From the NCBI GenBank assembly GCA_964472225.1, contig CAYYJV010000001.1:1-51043 (forward strand): a stretch of 51,043 bases of DNA, given 5' to 3'. Position 1 is the stretch's first letter. Each line of letters opens with the position of its first letter. Source of the DNA: an uncultured Candidatus Saccharibacteria bacterium. Its GTDB lineage: Bacteria > Patescibacteriota > Minisyncoccia > Minisyncoccales > MHMH01. The position numbers and the translations under genes were made by a program. Below are positions 26,401-33,301 of the stretch, in pieces. The notes below the pieces were generated by a model, which was given only the letters and a program-made list of their open reading frames with translations, was not told where the DNA came from and ran no database searches.

Positions 26401-26896
26401 AAAGGCCTTTTTCGTAAATTTGCTTGATGATCCAAAAAAGACTTTCCATGTAATTCGGATCATAGGTAATGTAGGGATTTTCCATGTCCAGCCAAAAACC
26501 AATTCTTTCTGTCAGCTTTTCCCAATCTTGTTTGTAAGTCCAGACTGATTGCTTACATTTTTGGTTAAATTTAGCAATACCATATTTTTCAATGTCTTTT
26601 TTAGATTTTAGACCCAGTTTCTTTTCAATTTCTAACTCCACTGGCAATCCATGGGTATCCCAGCCGGCTTTCCTTAAAACCCGAAAACCCCGCATGGTTT
26701 TGTACCTACAGATTATGTCCTTATAAACCCGACTTAAAACATGGTGAATTCCGGGCTTAGCATTAGCTGTAGGCGGTCCCTCGTAAAACACAAAGTCACG
26801 AGCTTTCGCTCGCTGCTTAATGCTTTTCTCAAAAATCTTTTTTTCCTTCCAAAACTTTAAAATCTCCTGCTCTTTTTTTGAAAAATTGAGCTCCAT
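23468..26896 (-). CDS. ileS: Isoleucyl-tRNA synthetase (type 2-like) carrying an internal histidine-phosphatase domain
   Basis: 1142 aa, uninterrupted. It has the PPTANAKPGIHH (HIGH region) block, the CP1 editing blocks (WTTTPWTLPGN, GTGLVHIAPAFGEED), KMSKS and the anticodon-binding domain. Residues ~478-672 form a His_Phos_1-like domain (see findings). Confidence 0.95.
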   Translation of the reverse strand: MELNFSKKEQEILKFWKEKKIFEKSIKQRAKARDFVFYEGPPTANAKPGIHHVLSRVYKDIICRYKTMRGFRVLRKAGWDTHGLPVELEIEKKLGLKSKKDIEKYGIAKFNQKCKQSVWTYKQDWEKLTERIGFWLDMENPYITYDPNYMESLFWIIKQIYEKGLLYKDYKVVPYCPRCGTSLSSHEVALGYKRIKEPAISVKFKIQNPNFKNSYLLVWTTTPWTLPGNVAVAVNPNFTYVKMKVGEEYLILAKERMESLGIEGEIMKEIKGKDLLGLQYEPPYRVEVGPPYALVIAGDFVSLEEGTGLVHIAPAFGEEDMEAGKKNNLPVILNVNEEGKFKKEVKNWRGLWVKDADPLIIDNLKKRGLLFKEELYEHDYPFCWRCTSPLLYYAKESWFINMQKAKSQLIKNNQKINWVPPHLKEGRFGEWLKELKDWALSRERYWGTPLPIWQCQKCGHQEIIGSKKDIIKQKFSTNKYYILRHGQTVYQTKKREWVYPFPESKPVPLTKVGQNQIKKAARELKGKGIDLIYSSDMARTRQTAEIVAKYLGAPIIFDKRLRDVNLGIYHGKKKEEFYRAFPQNLERFYSKNSAGGENWGECRRRMVRWLAEIDKKHQNKTILIVSHGDPLWLLEGAVKMLSDQELLNMNIKNTDIKTGEWRKIEYKNVPLNEEGQIDFHRPYIDEVKFHCPKCQNIMERTPELIDVWFDSGAMPFAQGHWPFAQNQKSKIKNQKLIPPELFPADYISEAVDQTRGWFYTLLAISTLLGFGPPYKNVISLGHVLDEKGEKMSKSKGNVVDPWYIIEKYGTDAARWYFYTVNQPGDVKLFSEKDVEQALKKFILTFWNSYQFYQTYVTHFYQSGKRYCNHILNRWIISRLHELIQETTDKLDKYDVTGAARAIENFVINDLSLWYIRRSRKRFSKAAGTLALVLQTLSKLAAPFIPFLSEEIYRSVTENRSSRSVHLENWPKTNKRLIDKRLNQKMEKVREIVALALAERSKAGIKVRQPLAELRIKEKIDKELAELIKEEVNVKKITLGKTFKLDTKITPALKEEGQVREVIRQIQALRKKAGLKPKDKILVQYFGDPELNKVLERHKRNILTETRAEDFVLKRKLKKVFLVEGEIKVDQQNLWLSITELKD
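24691..24724. repeat. Heptanucleotide array inside ileS (4 perfect ATTTTTG units plus one 6-nt unit)
   Basis: The plus strand reads ATTTTTG x4 then ATTTTG. The coding strand translates it as QNQKSKIKNQK, just downstream of the WFDSGAMPF block. Confidence 0.75.
26257..26289. repeat. Heptamer-type array inside ileS
   Basis: The coding strand reads TTCAAAATCCAAAATCCAAATTTCAAAAATTC, which encodes KFKIQNPNFKNS. It lies immediately before the conserved LLVWTTTPWTLP block. Confidence 0.6.
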
Positions 26897-26933
26897 AAAT
26901 CTACCTTCAGAATATCATTTTAGCAAACTTTCG

Positions 26934-26968
26934 GCAAAATATAAAGAACTGCATTCAAGCAGCTCTTT
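26934..26968 (-). terminator. Rho-independent terminator after the wHTH/Cas2-fold gene, upstream of ileS
   Basis: The minus-strand RNA reads AAAGAGCUGC-UUGAAU-GCAGUUCUUU (one mismatch) followed by AUAUUUUG. Confidence 0.55.
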
Positions 26969-27061
26969 ATGTTATTAAAACTTATCCTCTTAATAGGTTG
27001 GGTTGTATAAAAGAAAAGGAATGGAGGTGTAAAAGAAACGAGAGGAGTAGCGAAGGACTAC

Positions 27062-27097
27062 TACGTAAAACTGATGCGATCGTATTATTTTTACGTA
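27062..27097. promoter_or_regulatory. Palindromic site TACGTAAAA-N18-TTTTACGTA (downstream copy)
   Basis: The 9-bp arms are perfect and the spacer is 18 bp. The site ends 2 nt before the stop codon of the 191-aa gene. An identical arrangement occurs at 27698-27733. Confidence 0.45.
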
Positions 27098-27098
27098 T

Positions 27099-27674
27099 TT
27101 ATATTAACTTGAAGATTTTCTTCAAAAATTTATCGTTTTCAATATTTTCTGCAGTAATTAAACGAATTTCTTTTTGACTCAAACCAAAAAATTCACGTAA
27201 AAGTTCTATTTCGTCCTTGCAGGGATAAGGATGAATCCAAACGCTCTTTTGAAGAGGAAAAAATCCCAACTCCTTTAATTTCCCCCTGAAAGCATTGCGC
27301 TGTAAATTTTTGAGCTGGGCAATATCGAAAATAACTATTCTCCATTTTCTGTCCCACTTTTTGGGTTTATTTATCTCCAAACTATCTATCTGAAATCTAC
27401 CGGCTTTCTTTCTCCCCTCTTTGGTTAAGGAAATATAAATCTGGTGATTTCTGCTTTTAATGTCAATATATCCACGGCGTTTGAGATTGTAAAAAGCATC
27501 ATAAACGTTTTTTTGTTTGTATTTTTTTTTATTTTTAAAACTCCTAATAAGATTGATGCCAAAATAAGGAGAGGTAGCGGCAATACAAATCGCCCCGCTT
27601 ATGGCTAGCCATTTTAAAATGTCTTTTGTTATTTCTGATCTTGGTTTTGCAAAATAATATTTATATTTACTCAT
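27099..27674 (-). CDS. Putative regulator: winged-helix segment plus a Cas2-like/PaaX_C-like ferredoxin-fold domain
   Basis: 191 aa. YDAFYNLKRRGYIDIKSRNHQIYISLTKEGRKKA looks like a wHTH. WRIVIFDIAQLKNLQRNAFRGKLKELGFFPLQKSVWIHPY follows the Cas2/PaaX C-terminal pattern (xYDI...R..f...L...Gf..lQ.SV). A hydrophobic N-terminal segment is present. Confidence 0.5.
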   Translation of the reverse strand: MSKYKYYFAKPRSEITKDILKWLAISGAICIAATSPYFGINLIRSFKNKKKYKQKNVYDAFYNLKRRGYIDIKSRNHQIYISLTKEGRKKAGRFQIDSLEINKPKKWDRKWRIVIFDIAQLKNLQRNAFRGKLKELGFFPLQKSVWIHPYPCKDEIELLREFFGLSQKEIRLITAENIENDKFLKKIFKLI

Positions 27675-27697
27675 AAAATAATTAACAAGCTATTATA

Positions 27698-27733
27698 TAC
27701 GTAAAAGCAAGACTATGGTTTTACTTTTACGTA
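27698..27733. promoter_or_regulatory. Palindromic site TACGTAAAA-N18-TTTTACGTA (upstream copy, abutting a TATAAT box)
   Basis: The arms are perfect and the spacer is 18 bp. On the minus strand the proximal arm is directly followed by TATAAT (27692-27697), 17 nt upstream of the ATG of the 191-aa gene. Confidence 0.45.
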
Positions 27734-27748
27734 ATTATTGTGGTAATA

Positions 27749-27928
27749 TTATTTTAACCCACTTTTATCAAGGTTAAAAGCGGCGCCCTGGCGCCGCTTC
27801 GCTTTTTGCGCTTCTTTGAAAATTCTTTCCGCTGTTTTAGTTTTATCCTTAGCATTTCTAATTGTGCTGCCGATGACAAATTTTGTCGCCCCTCTTTCCA
27901 TTACCTCTAATAACCTCAGTATATTCAT
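27749..27928 (-). pseudogene. Possible remnant of the C-terminus of a TIM-barrel phosphate-binding enzyme (59-aa ORF)
   Basis: The minus-strand ORF reads MNILRLLEVMERGATKFVIGSTIRNAKDKTKTAERIFKEAQKAKRRQGAAFNLDKSGLK. GATKFVIGSTI..AKD resembles the terminal GAD.IVVG(R/S).I..A.D block of the Rpe/PyrF/Hps-type barrels. An in-frame stop lies upstream, so no longer ORF is possible. Confidence 0.25.
27779..27799. terminator. Strong GC hairpin AGCGGCGCC-CTG-GGCGCCGCT
   Basis: The stem is a perfect 9 bp. TCGCTTTTT follows on the plus strand and TTTAACC follows on the minus strand. It lies ~240 nt downstream of argS, inside the remnant ORF. Confidence 0.35.
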
Positions 27929-28039
27929 AGCAATTCGGCGCTTCCTTCGTATTTCTTCTCCTCTAAGATTTAAATGAACAGATTAATTTTAAACAAATTG
28001 CTCACCCGCTGCCAAATTTTACTCGCTAGGTAGAGCAAC

Positions 28040-29623
28040 CTACATTTTCTGCGGGGCGGAAATGCCCATTAAAAAGAGGGTGTTTTTGAGAACGATTTGA
28101 GTGGCCAAAACTAAAGCTAGGCGGGCTTGGGTCAGTTTTTTATCTTCAGAAATTACTCGGCAGTCTCTGTAAAATTGGTGAAAGGCGGTAGCCAGAGTTA
28201 AGGCATAATGAGGAAGGCGCTGTAATTGATAATCTATGGCCGTATCTTCCACAATTTCCGGAAATCTAATTAATTGCTTAATCAATGCCAATTCGCGCGG
28301 ATGGGACAACAAATTGACAGGTGTATATTTTTTGTCCTGTTGGATTTTTTTAAATTTTCTAAAAATACTGACGATTCTGGCGTGAGCGTATTGAACGTAA
28401 TACACCGGATTTTTCGCGGACTGCTCCTTGGCTAAAGATAAATCAATTTCCATATGGGTATCCAGAGACTTTTCCAAATAAAACCATCTGGCCGCATCGA
28501 GGCCAATTTCATCCACCAAATCTTCCAAGGTTATAATCTCTCCTTTTCTCTTGGAAATCTTCTCTTTCCCTTTTAAAGTCACCAGCTGCAAAATTAAAAT
28601 ATCGAATTTTCCGCCATAGCCCAGCATCTTAACTGCCGCTCTCATCTTGGAAACATGGGCTTGGTGGTCTGCTCCCCAGATATTGATAACTCCGTTGAAT
28701 CCCCTGTCGAACTTGTCTTTGTGGTAAGCAATGTCAGAAAGGAAATAAGTTGGCTCTCCTGATTTTCGAACAACTACCCAGTCGCGCTCTTCTCCAAATT
28801 GAGAAGTTTTCAGCCACCACGCCTTATCTTTTTCGTAAATCAAACCTCTTTTTCTCAGCCAGTCTAAAATTTTTCTAATCTTACTCTTTTTGTAAAGGTC
28901 TTTTTCCTCGGAAACCCATTTATCAAATTTAATTTTTAATTTTTTCTCAAGAAAATTCTTGATATCTTTCTGAATTTGCTGTGCCAAAAAATATCCTGCT
29001 TCATTTTCCTTATCAAATTTCTTTAACCTTTTCTTCAGGGTTTCCAGCTTTTCTTTCAAATAAGGGGTTAAATAAGAGCTCCCTCTTCCCAAGGCGGTTT
29101 TGCCTAATTCCTTAATCTGACCACTATTTTTGGCGTCATTTACAAAATATTCCCTGGTTACTCTGTAACCTACTTTTTGTAAAACATTGGAAATAACATC
29201 TCCGGCAAAGGCATTCCGGCCATTACCAATATGAAGGGGGCCCGTCGGATTGGCAGAAATTGACTCAACGCTTATTTTTCCTTTTTTCTTCAATCGGCCG
29301 AATTTGTCTTTTTCTTTTACTATTTTTTTAACCTGCTTTTGTAAATAATCCTTGGAAAGAAAAAAATTAATGAAGCCGGGTTCTGCTACTTCAACTTTCT
29401 CAAAAATACCTGATTGAAGGTTTAAAATGTGAAATCTCAATGTCTCAGCTATTTGCTTTGGAGACATTTTAAAAGTTTTGGCCAACTGCAAAGCGACGTT
29501 GGTGGCATAATCACCATGATTTTCATCCTCGGGATGCTCGACTCCGATCTCTGCCGATAACCTAAAACCTGCCTCTTTCATGGCTTTTCTAATCAAATTT
29601 ATTAGGTCTTCGCGAATCATCAC
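28040..29623 (-). CDS. argS: Arginyl-tRNA synthetase
   Basis: 527 aa. SANPTGPLHIGNGRN (HIGH region), GADHQ and the C-terminal DALR-type anticodon-binding domain ending in GISAPQKM are present. Confidence 0.95.
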   Translation of the reverse strand: MMIREDLINLIRKAMKEAGFRLSAEIGVEHPEDENHGDYATNVALQLAKTFKMSPKQIAETLRFHILNLQSGIFEKVEVAEPGFINFFLSKDYLQKQVKKIVKEKDKFGRLKKKGKISVESISANPTGPLHIGNGRNAFAGDVISNVLQKVGYRVTREYFVNDAKNSGQIKELGKTALGRGSSYLTPYLKEKLETLKKRLKKFDKENEAGYFLAQQIQKDIKNFLEKKLKIKFDKWVSEEKDLYKKSKIRKILDWLRKRGLIYEKDKAWWLKTSQFGEERDWVVVRKSGEPTYFLSDIAYHKDKFDRGFNGVINIWGADHQAHVSKMRAAVKMLGYGGKFDILILQLVTLKGKEKISKRKGEIITLEDLVDEIGLDAARWFYLEKSLDTHMEIDLSLAKEQSAKNPVYYVQYAHARIVSIFRKFKKIQQDKKYTPVNLLSHPRELALIKQLIRFPEIVEDTAIDYQLQRLPHYALTLATAFHQFYRDCRVISEDKKLTQARLALVLATQIVLKNTLFLMGISAPQKM

Positions 29624-29661
29624 TTTCAGTTTATCTTATTTTCGGTTAGAATAAAAGTACA

Positions 29662-30111
29662 ATGAGGGTTTTGGCGGAAAACAAAAAGGCATACTTCAAC
29701 TATGAAATCCTGGAGAAATTCGAAGCCGGCTTGGTTTTACAAGGCCATGAAGTAAAATCTATACAATCAGGAAGAATAACCTTGGCCGGCTCCTATGTTG
29801 TTTTAAAAAACAAAGGGGCGTATCTGCTCAATGCCACAATTCCTCCCTACCAACCTAAGAACGTTCCGACAGACTACAATCCTACCAGGCTGAGAAATCT
29901 CCTTTTGAAAAAATCGGAAATCAAGTATTTAATCGGAAAGTCGCGGCAGAAGGGCTTGACTTTGGTGCCTTTAAGGGTGTATACTAAGAAAGGTAAAATT
30001 AAGTTAGAATTCGCCTTGGCCAAAGGAAGAAAAAAAGCCAGCAAAAAAGAGTTATTAAAAAAACGGGCGATAGACAGAGAAATTAAGCGGGAGTTAAAAT
30101 CCAGAGGATAA
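29662..30111 (+). CDS. smpB: SsrA-binding protein
   Basis: 149 aa. NKKAYFNYEI, GHEVKSI, the TRLRNLLLKKSEI block and LALAKGRKK are present. It is immediately followed by the tmRNA. Confidence 0.95.
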   Translation: MRVLAENKKAYFNYEILEKFEAGLVLQGHEVKSIQSGRITLAGSYVVLKNKGAYLLNATIPPYQPKNVPTDYNPTRLRNLLLKKSEIKYLIGKSRQKGLTLVPLRVYTKKGKIKLEFALAKGRKKASKKELLKKRAIDREIKRELKSRG

Positions 30112-30437
30112 GGGGGTGACAGGATTCGACAGTTATTCTTTGCCAAAATCTGCAAGCAAAAGCTCTTCGAACAATAAGTGCCAACTTGTTCAAACAACCT
30201 GCTTACGCTTTGGCGTAACGCCATCTGAATAGTTGATTCTCGATAGACTATCTCAGGTGTTATATAAATCGAGATATCCGGTTTCTTTGCCTCGAAGATT
30301 CCGGGAATCAAAGAGGCTAGAAATGCTGAAATTTTGTCTATTTTATATTCAGTATTTCGAACGGCGAAATAGACTAAGCTTGTAGAGTGATTTTGGTAAA
30401 ATTTCTGGATCCGAGTTCAATTCTCGGCACCTCCACC
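30112..30437 (+). ncRNA. ssrA: tmRNA (ssrA), one-piece; predicted tag (A)NLFKQPAYALA
   Basis: The 5' end GGGGGTGACAGGATTCGACAG and the 3' end GGATCCGAGTTCAATTCTCGGCACCTCCACC form an acceptor stem with a G3-U pair and a T-arm (CCGAG-TTCAATT-CTCGG). The resume codon GCC is at 30180, the ORF GCC AAC TTG TTC AAA CAA CCT GCT TAC GCT TTG GCG runs to 30215, and the TAA stop is at 30216-30218. Confidence 0.9.
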
Positions 30438-30441
30438 TACT

Positions 30442-30954
30442 TTGCAAAAAAGAATATTCATCAACAAACAAATAAGGGCAAGAGAAGTCAGGGTTATAGA
30501 CGAATCAGGTAACCAGCTGGGAGTATTGCCATTGGAAGAAGCGCTCCAAAAAGCCGAGGAGCGCAATTTAGATTTAATTCAGGTAACAGACAAGGTGGAG
30601 CCACCGGTCTGCAAAATAATGGATTATGGAAAATTCCTCTATCAGCAGAAGAAAAAAGAAAAAGAAGCCTCAAAAAAACAGAGGGGCGGAGAATTAAAGG
30701 GAATCAGGTTGAGATTCAACATGGCTGAGCACGATTTGAAAGTCAGGGCCCGCCAGGCAGAAGAATTCCTTAAGGCGGGAAATAAGGTAAGGATTGAAAT
30801 GCGCCTGTTCGGTAGAGAAAAAGCCCTGGGAGAACACGCTAAAGAAAAAGTAAATCAATTCTTGGCAATTCTCCAAGGGTTAATCACTTACAAAATAGAA
30901 AGGGAATTAAAAAGGGAGTTCCAAGGATTTAATATGATTATTTCAAAAGCATAA
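30442..30954 (+). CDS. infC: Translation initiation factor IF-3 (non-AUG start)
   Basis: The sequence INKQIRAREVRVID...PPVCKIMDYGKFLYQQKK is canonical IF-3. There is no in-frame ATG near the N-terminus. The candidate starts are TTG 30442, ATA 30454 and ATC 30460, so the 5' boundary is uncertain by a few codons. Confidence 0.9.
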   Translation: MQKRIFINKQIRAREVRVIDESGNQLGVLPLEEALQKAEERNLDLIQVTDKVEPPVCKIMDYGKFLYQQKKKEKEASKKQRGGELKGIRLRFNMAEHDLKVRARQAEEFLKAGNKVRIEMRLFGREKALGEHAKEKVNQFLAILQGLITYKIERELKREFQGFNMIISKA

Positions 30955-30956
30955 TC

Positions 30957-31142
30957 ATGAAAACACGCAAATCAATTATCAAAAGATTCAAAATCACCAA
31001 AACCGGAAAAATTTTGAGAAGAGCCACCGGTCAAGATCATTATTTGGCCAAAAAGAAAGGCAAAAAACGGAGACAAAGTCGGAAATGGGTAAAAGTTTCC
31101 AAAGCCGAAGTTAAGAAAATTAAACAACTTCTGAGATATTAA
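30957..31142 (+). CDS. rpmI: 50S ribosomal protein L35
   Basis: 61 aa. The start MKTRKSIIKRFKITKTGKILRR is typical of L35. Confidence 0.95.
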   Translation: MKTRKSIIKRFKITKTGKILRRATGQDHYLAKKKGKKRRQSRKWVKVSKAEVKKIKQLLRY

Positions 31143-31209
31143 CACGGTCACACGATTCCCCCCCTATTCACAACCTTCGGTTTTAAACAATTTCCGAGGC
31201 GGGGGAAAG
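31143..31209 (-). repeat. Copy C of the inverted-repeat-bounded GC-rich element (consensus on the minus strand), in the rpmI-rplT spacer
   Basis: The minus strand reads GCTTTCCCCCGCCTCGGAAATTGTTTAAAACCGAAGGTTGTGAATAGGGGGGAATC followed by GTGTGACCGTG. It aligns with copies A and D at the 5' terminus, at the GGAAATTNTNNAAAAC block, at the G-rich 3' terminus and at the GTGA(T)C tail. Confidence 0.55.
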
Positions 31210-31232
31210 CGAAAATTTATTTCATAAATTTT

Positions 31233-31580
31233 ATGGTGCGAGTCAAAAGAGGAAAACAAGCCAGAAAAAAGAAAAAACGGCTTTTCCAGCAGGTCAAAGG
31301 TTTTCGTTGGGGAAGAAAAACAAGATTAAAACTAGCCAAAGACGCTCTGCGCCACGCTTTGGCCCATGCTTACCGGGGAAGAAAAGAAAAAAAGAGAACG
31401 ATGAGAAGGCTCTGGCAAATTCAGATTTCGGCTGCTTGTCGTCAGGAGGGTATTTCTTACAGCAAGTTTATTAATGGTTTAAAGAAAAATAAAATCGATC
31501 TTGACCGAAAAATATTATCTCAGCTCGCTCAAACTCGTCCAGATATTTTTAAGAAAATAGTAGAAAAAATAAAAAAATAA
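31233..31580 (+). CDS. rplT: 50S ribosomal protein L20
   Basis: 115 aa. MVRVKRGKQARKKKKRLFQQVKGFRWGR...AYRGRKEKKR is canonical L20. Confidence 0.95.
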   Translation: MVRVKRGKQARKKKKRLFQQVKGFRWGRKTRLKLAKDALRHALAHAYRGRKEKKRTMRRLWQIQISAACRQEGISYSKFINGLKKNKIDLDRKILSQLAQTRPDIFKKIVEKIKK

Positions 31581-31608
31581 GAGACCGGATTACTCCAGTC
31601 TCTTTATT
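31581..31608. terminator. Hairpin between convergent rplT and the purF-like gene
   Basis: The stem is GAGACCGG-ATTACT-CCAGTCTC (one mismatch), followed by TTTATT on the plus strand. It overlaps the purF-like stop codon. Confidence 0.45.
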
Positions 31609-33041
31609 GGATAATCGCCAGTAAAACAAGCGGTGCAAAAATCATCAAGCCTTAATTTAGCAGTTAAATCAGATTCTATCACTGCTCGAATGGTCTTTTC
31701 TAAACTCAAATACCCTAAATAATCAACTTTAATTTTCTCTTGTATTTTTAAAATATCTCTCCCGCAAGCCTGGGCAATAAGCTCACCCTCTCTTCGACCA
31801 GTATCAATGCCATACCAACAAGGAAAAAGGTAGGGAGGAGAAGTTACTAAAACAGAAACTCTTTTTGCCCCTTTAATAGTTTTACCCATAATTATTTTGG
31901 GGGTTTTAAGAAACTTTGCTACTCTGGGTATGGTTGTCCCCCGGACAATGGAATCGTCCACTAAAATTACATGTTTATCTTGAATATCAAAAAGAACAGG
32001 ATTAAATTTAAGATTAACTCCCAATTCTCTTAAATCTGGTTCGTCCTCAATAAAAGTTCTTTTCTCAAAAGTAAAGTGGGCTCGAAATAACCCTTCGTAT
32101 CTTAAAGGAAGACCAGTGATCTCACTTAAACCCAAACTGCCCATTAACCCCGAATCCAATACCGGAACCACAGCTTCAGCTAAGGTTACCAGCTCGGGAT
32201 ACTCCTCAGCTAAAAAGCGCCCCATCAGTTTCCGAGCCCAATAAACAGGTATCCCATCAATTATACTATCTGGTCTGGCAAAATAGATATACTCAAACAG
32301 ACAAATCTTTTTTGTTGTTTCATTAGTCCATTTTCTAGAAGAAATGCCGCCAGCTTCAAGGATGACTAATTCCCCTGGTTCAATTTCTCTAATCAATTGG
32401 ATGTTTAAATGGTCAAAAGCGCAACTTTCTGAAGAAAGGGCATAGCAATTTTCACTTTCTCCCAAACAAAGCGGTCTTATCCCAAAAGAATCCTTAACTC
32501 CAATTATCTTATCTCGGTAAAGAATAATTAAAGAAAAGGCTCCTTTTAATTTGACCAAAGTTTTTTCCACTGCTTTAAAAAAATCTCTTTCTGGAGAAGC
32601 CTCAATTAATTTAACAATAACTCTAGTGTCACTAGCCTCTTCTTCCAAAAATACCCCTGCTCTGGCTAGTTCAATTTTAAGTTCTTCAGTGTTGACTATA
32701 TTTCCATTATGGCTAAGAGCAAAAGGATAATCTTGGAAATTTCCCTCAATGGGTTGGATATTGGCTCTATTAACCAAGCCGGCAGTAGAATAACGATTAT
32801 GGCCAATGGCGGCATTATCAAAAACTGCTATCCCTGCACTAGCCTGTCCTCGATGCTGAAGACCCTTTAGGGCATAAAAGACTCTCCAACCAATATCTCC
32901 TATTTCATTAAGAATCTCTCCAGTAAAAACTTCGGGCACTATCCCCAAGCCGCGATGAATTTTAAAGTTTCTCTTTAATTGTTTCTTTTCAACTATTCCA
33001 AAAATTCCACAATCCATCTTTCCCTCCTTTGTTTTTGTCAA
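31590..33041 (-). CDS. purF: Amidophosphoribosyltransferase-like protein (PurF family, [4Fe-4S] type)
   Basis: 483 aa. A propeptide-like MTKTKEGKMD precedes CGIFGI. HNGNIVN, EYIYFARPDS, the PRTase motif ILVDDSIVRGTT and the Cys ligand pattern (C..PCWYGID..CTAC) are present. The N-terminal block order is atypical (see findings). Confidence 0.8.
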   Translation of the reverse strand: MTKTKEGKMDCGIFGIVEKKQLKRNFKIHRGLGIVPEVFTGEILNEIGDIGWRVFYALKGLQHRGQASAGIAVFDNAAIGHNRYSTAGLVNRANIQPIEGNFQDYPFALSHNGNIVNTEELKIELARAGVFLEEEASDTRVIVKLIEASPERDFFKAVEKTLVKLKGAFSLIILYRDKIIGVKDSFGIRPLCLGESENCYALSSESCAFDHLNIQLIREIEPGELVILEAGGISSRKWTNETTKKICLFEYIYFARPDSIIDGIPVYWARKLMGRFLAEEYPELVTLAEAVVPVLDSGLMGSLGLSEITGLPLRYEGLFRAHFTFEKRTFIEDEPDLRELGVNLKFNPVLFDIQDKHVILVDDSIVRGTTIPRVAKFLKTPKIIMGKTIKGAKRVSVLVTSPPYLFPCWYGIDTGRREGELIAQACGRDILKIQEKIKVDYLGYLSLEKTIRAVIESDLTAKLRLDDFCTACFTGDYPIKRLE

Positions 33042-33301
33042 AGGGCTTGCTCTTTTTTAAGTAACTCTATTTTTCTTTTTTGTCCATTTTTATAACCACC
33101 AATTTTACCATCTGACCTTATCACTCTGTGGCAAGGAATTTTTGGGTCTCTATTTTTATTCAAAATATTACCCACTGCCCGAAAGGCTCGAGGGCGACCA
33201 GCCAACTCAGCTACTTTTTTATAGGTTAAAACTTTACCGCGGGGTATTTTTTTTACAATCTGGCAAACCTTATAACCGAATTTCATTTTGTATTTCTTCA
33301 A
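33038..33301 (-). CDS. ogt: Methylated-DNA--protein-cysteine methyltransferase, DNA-binding/catalytic domain only
   Basis: 87 aa. It has the active-site motif IPCHRVI and a helix-turn-helix block TYKKVAELAGRPRAFRAVG. The start may be an internal Met, because the annotated start overlaps gpsA by 32 nt. Confidence 0.8.
   Translation of the reverse strand: MKKYKMKFGYKVCQIVKKIPRGKVLTYKKVAELAGRPRAFRAVGNILNKNRDPKIPCHRVIRSDGKIGGYKNGQKRKIELLKKEQAL

Noticed and set aside
31143-31209. Classical L20 leader between rpmI and rplT.
   Set aside because: The sequence is a clear copy of the dispersed hairpin element (copies A and D). Known L20 leaders lie upstream of infC or rpmI, not here. A regulatory side-effect remains possible.
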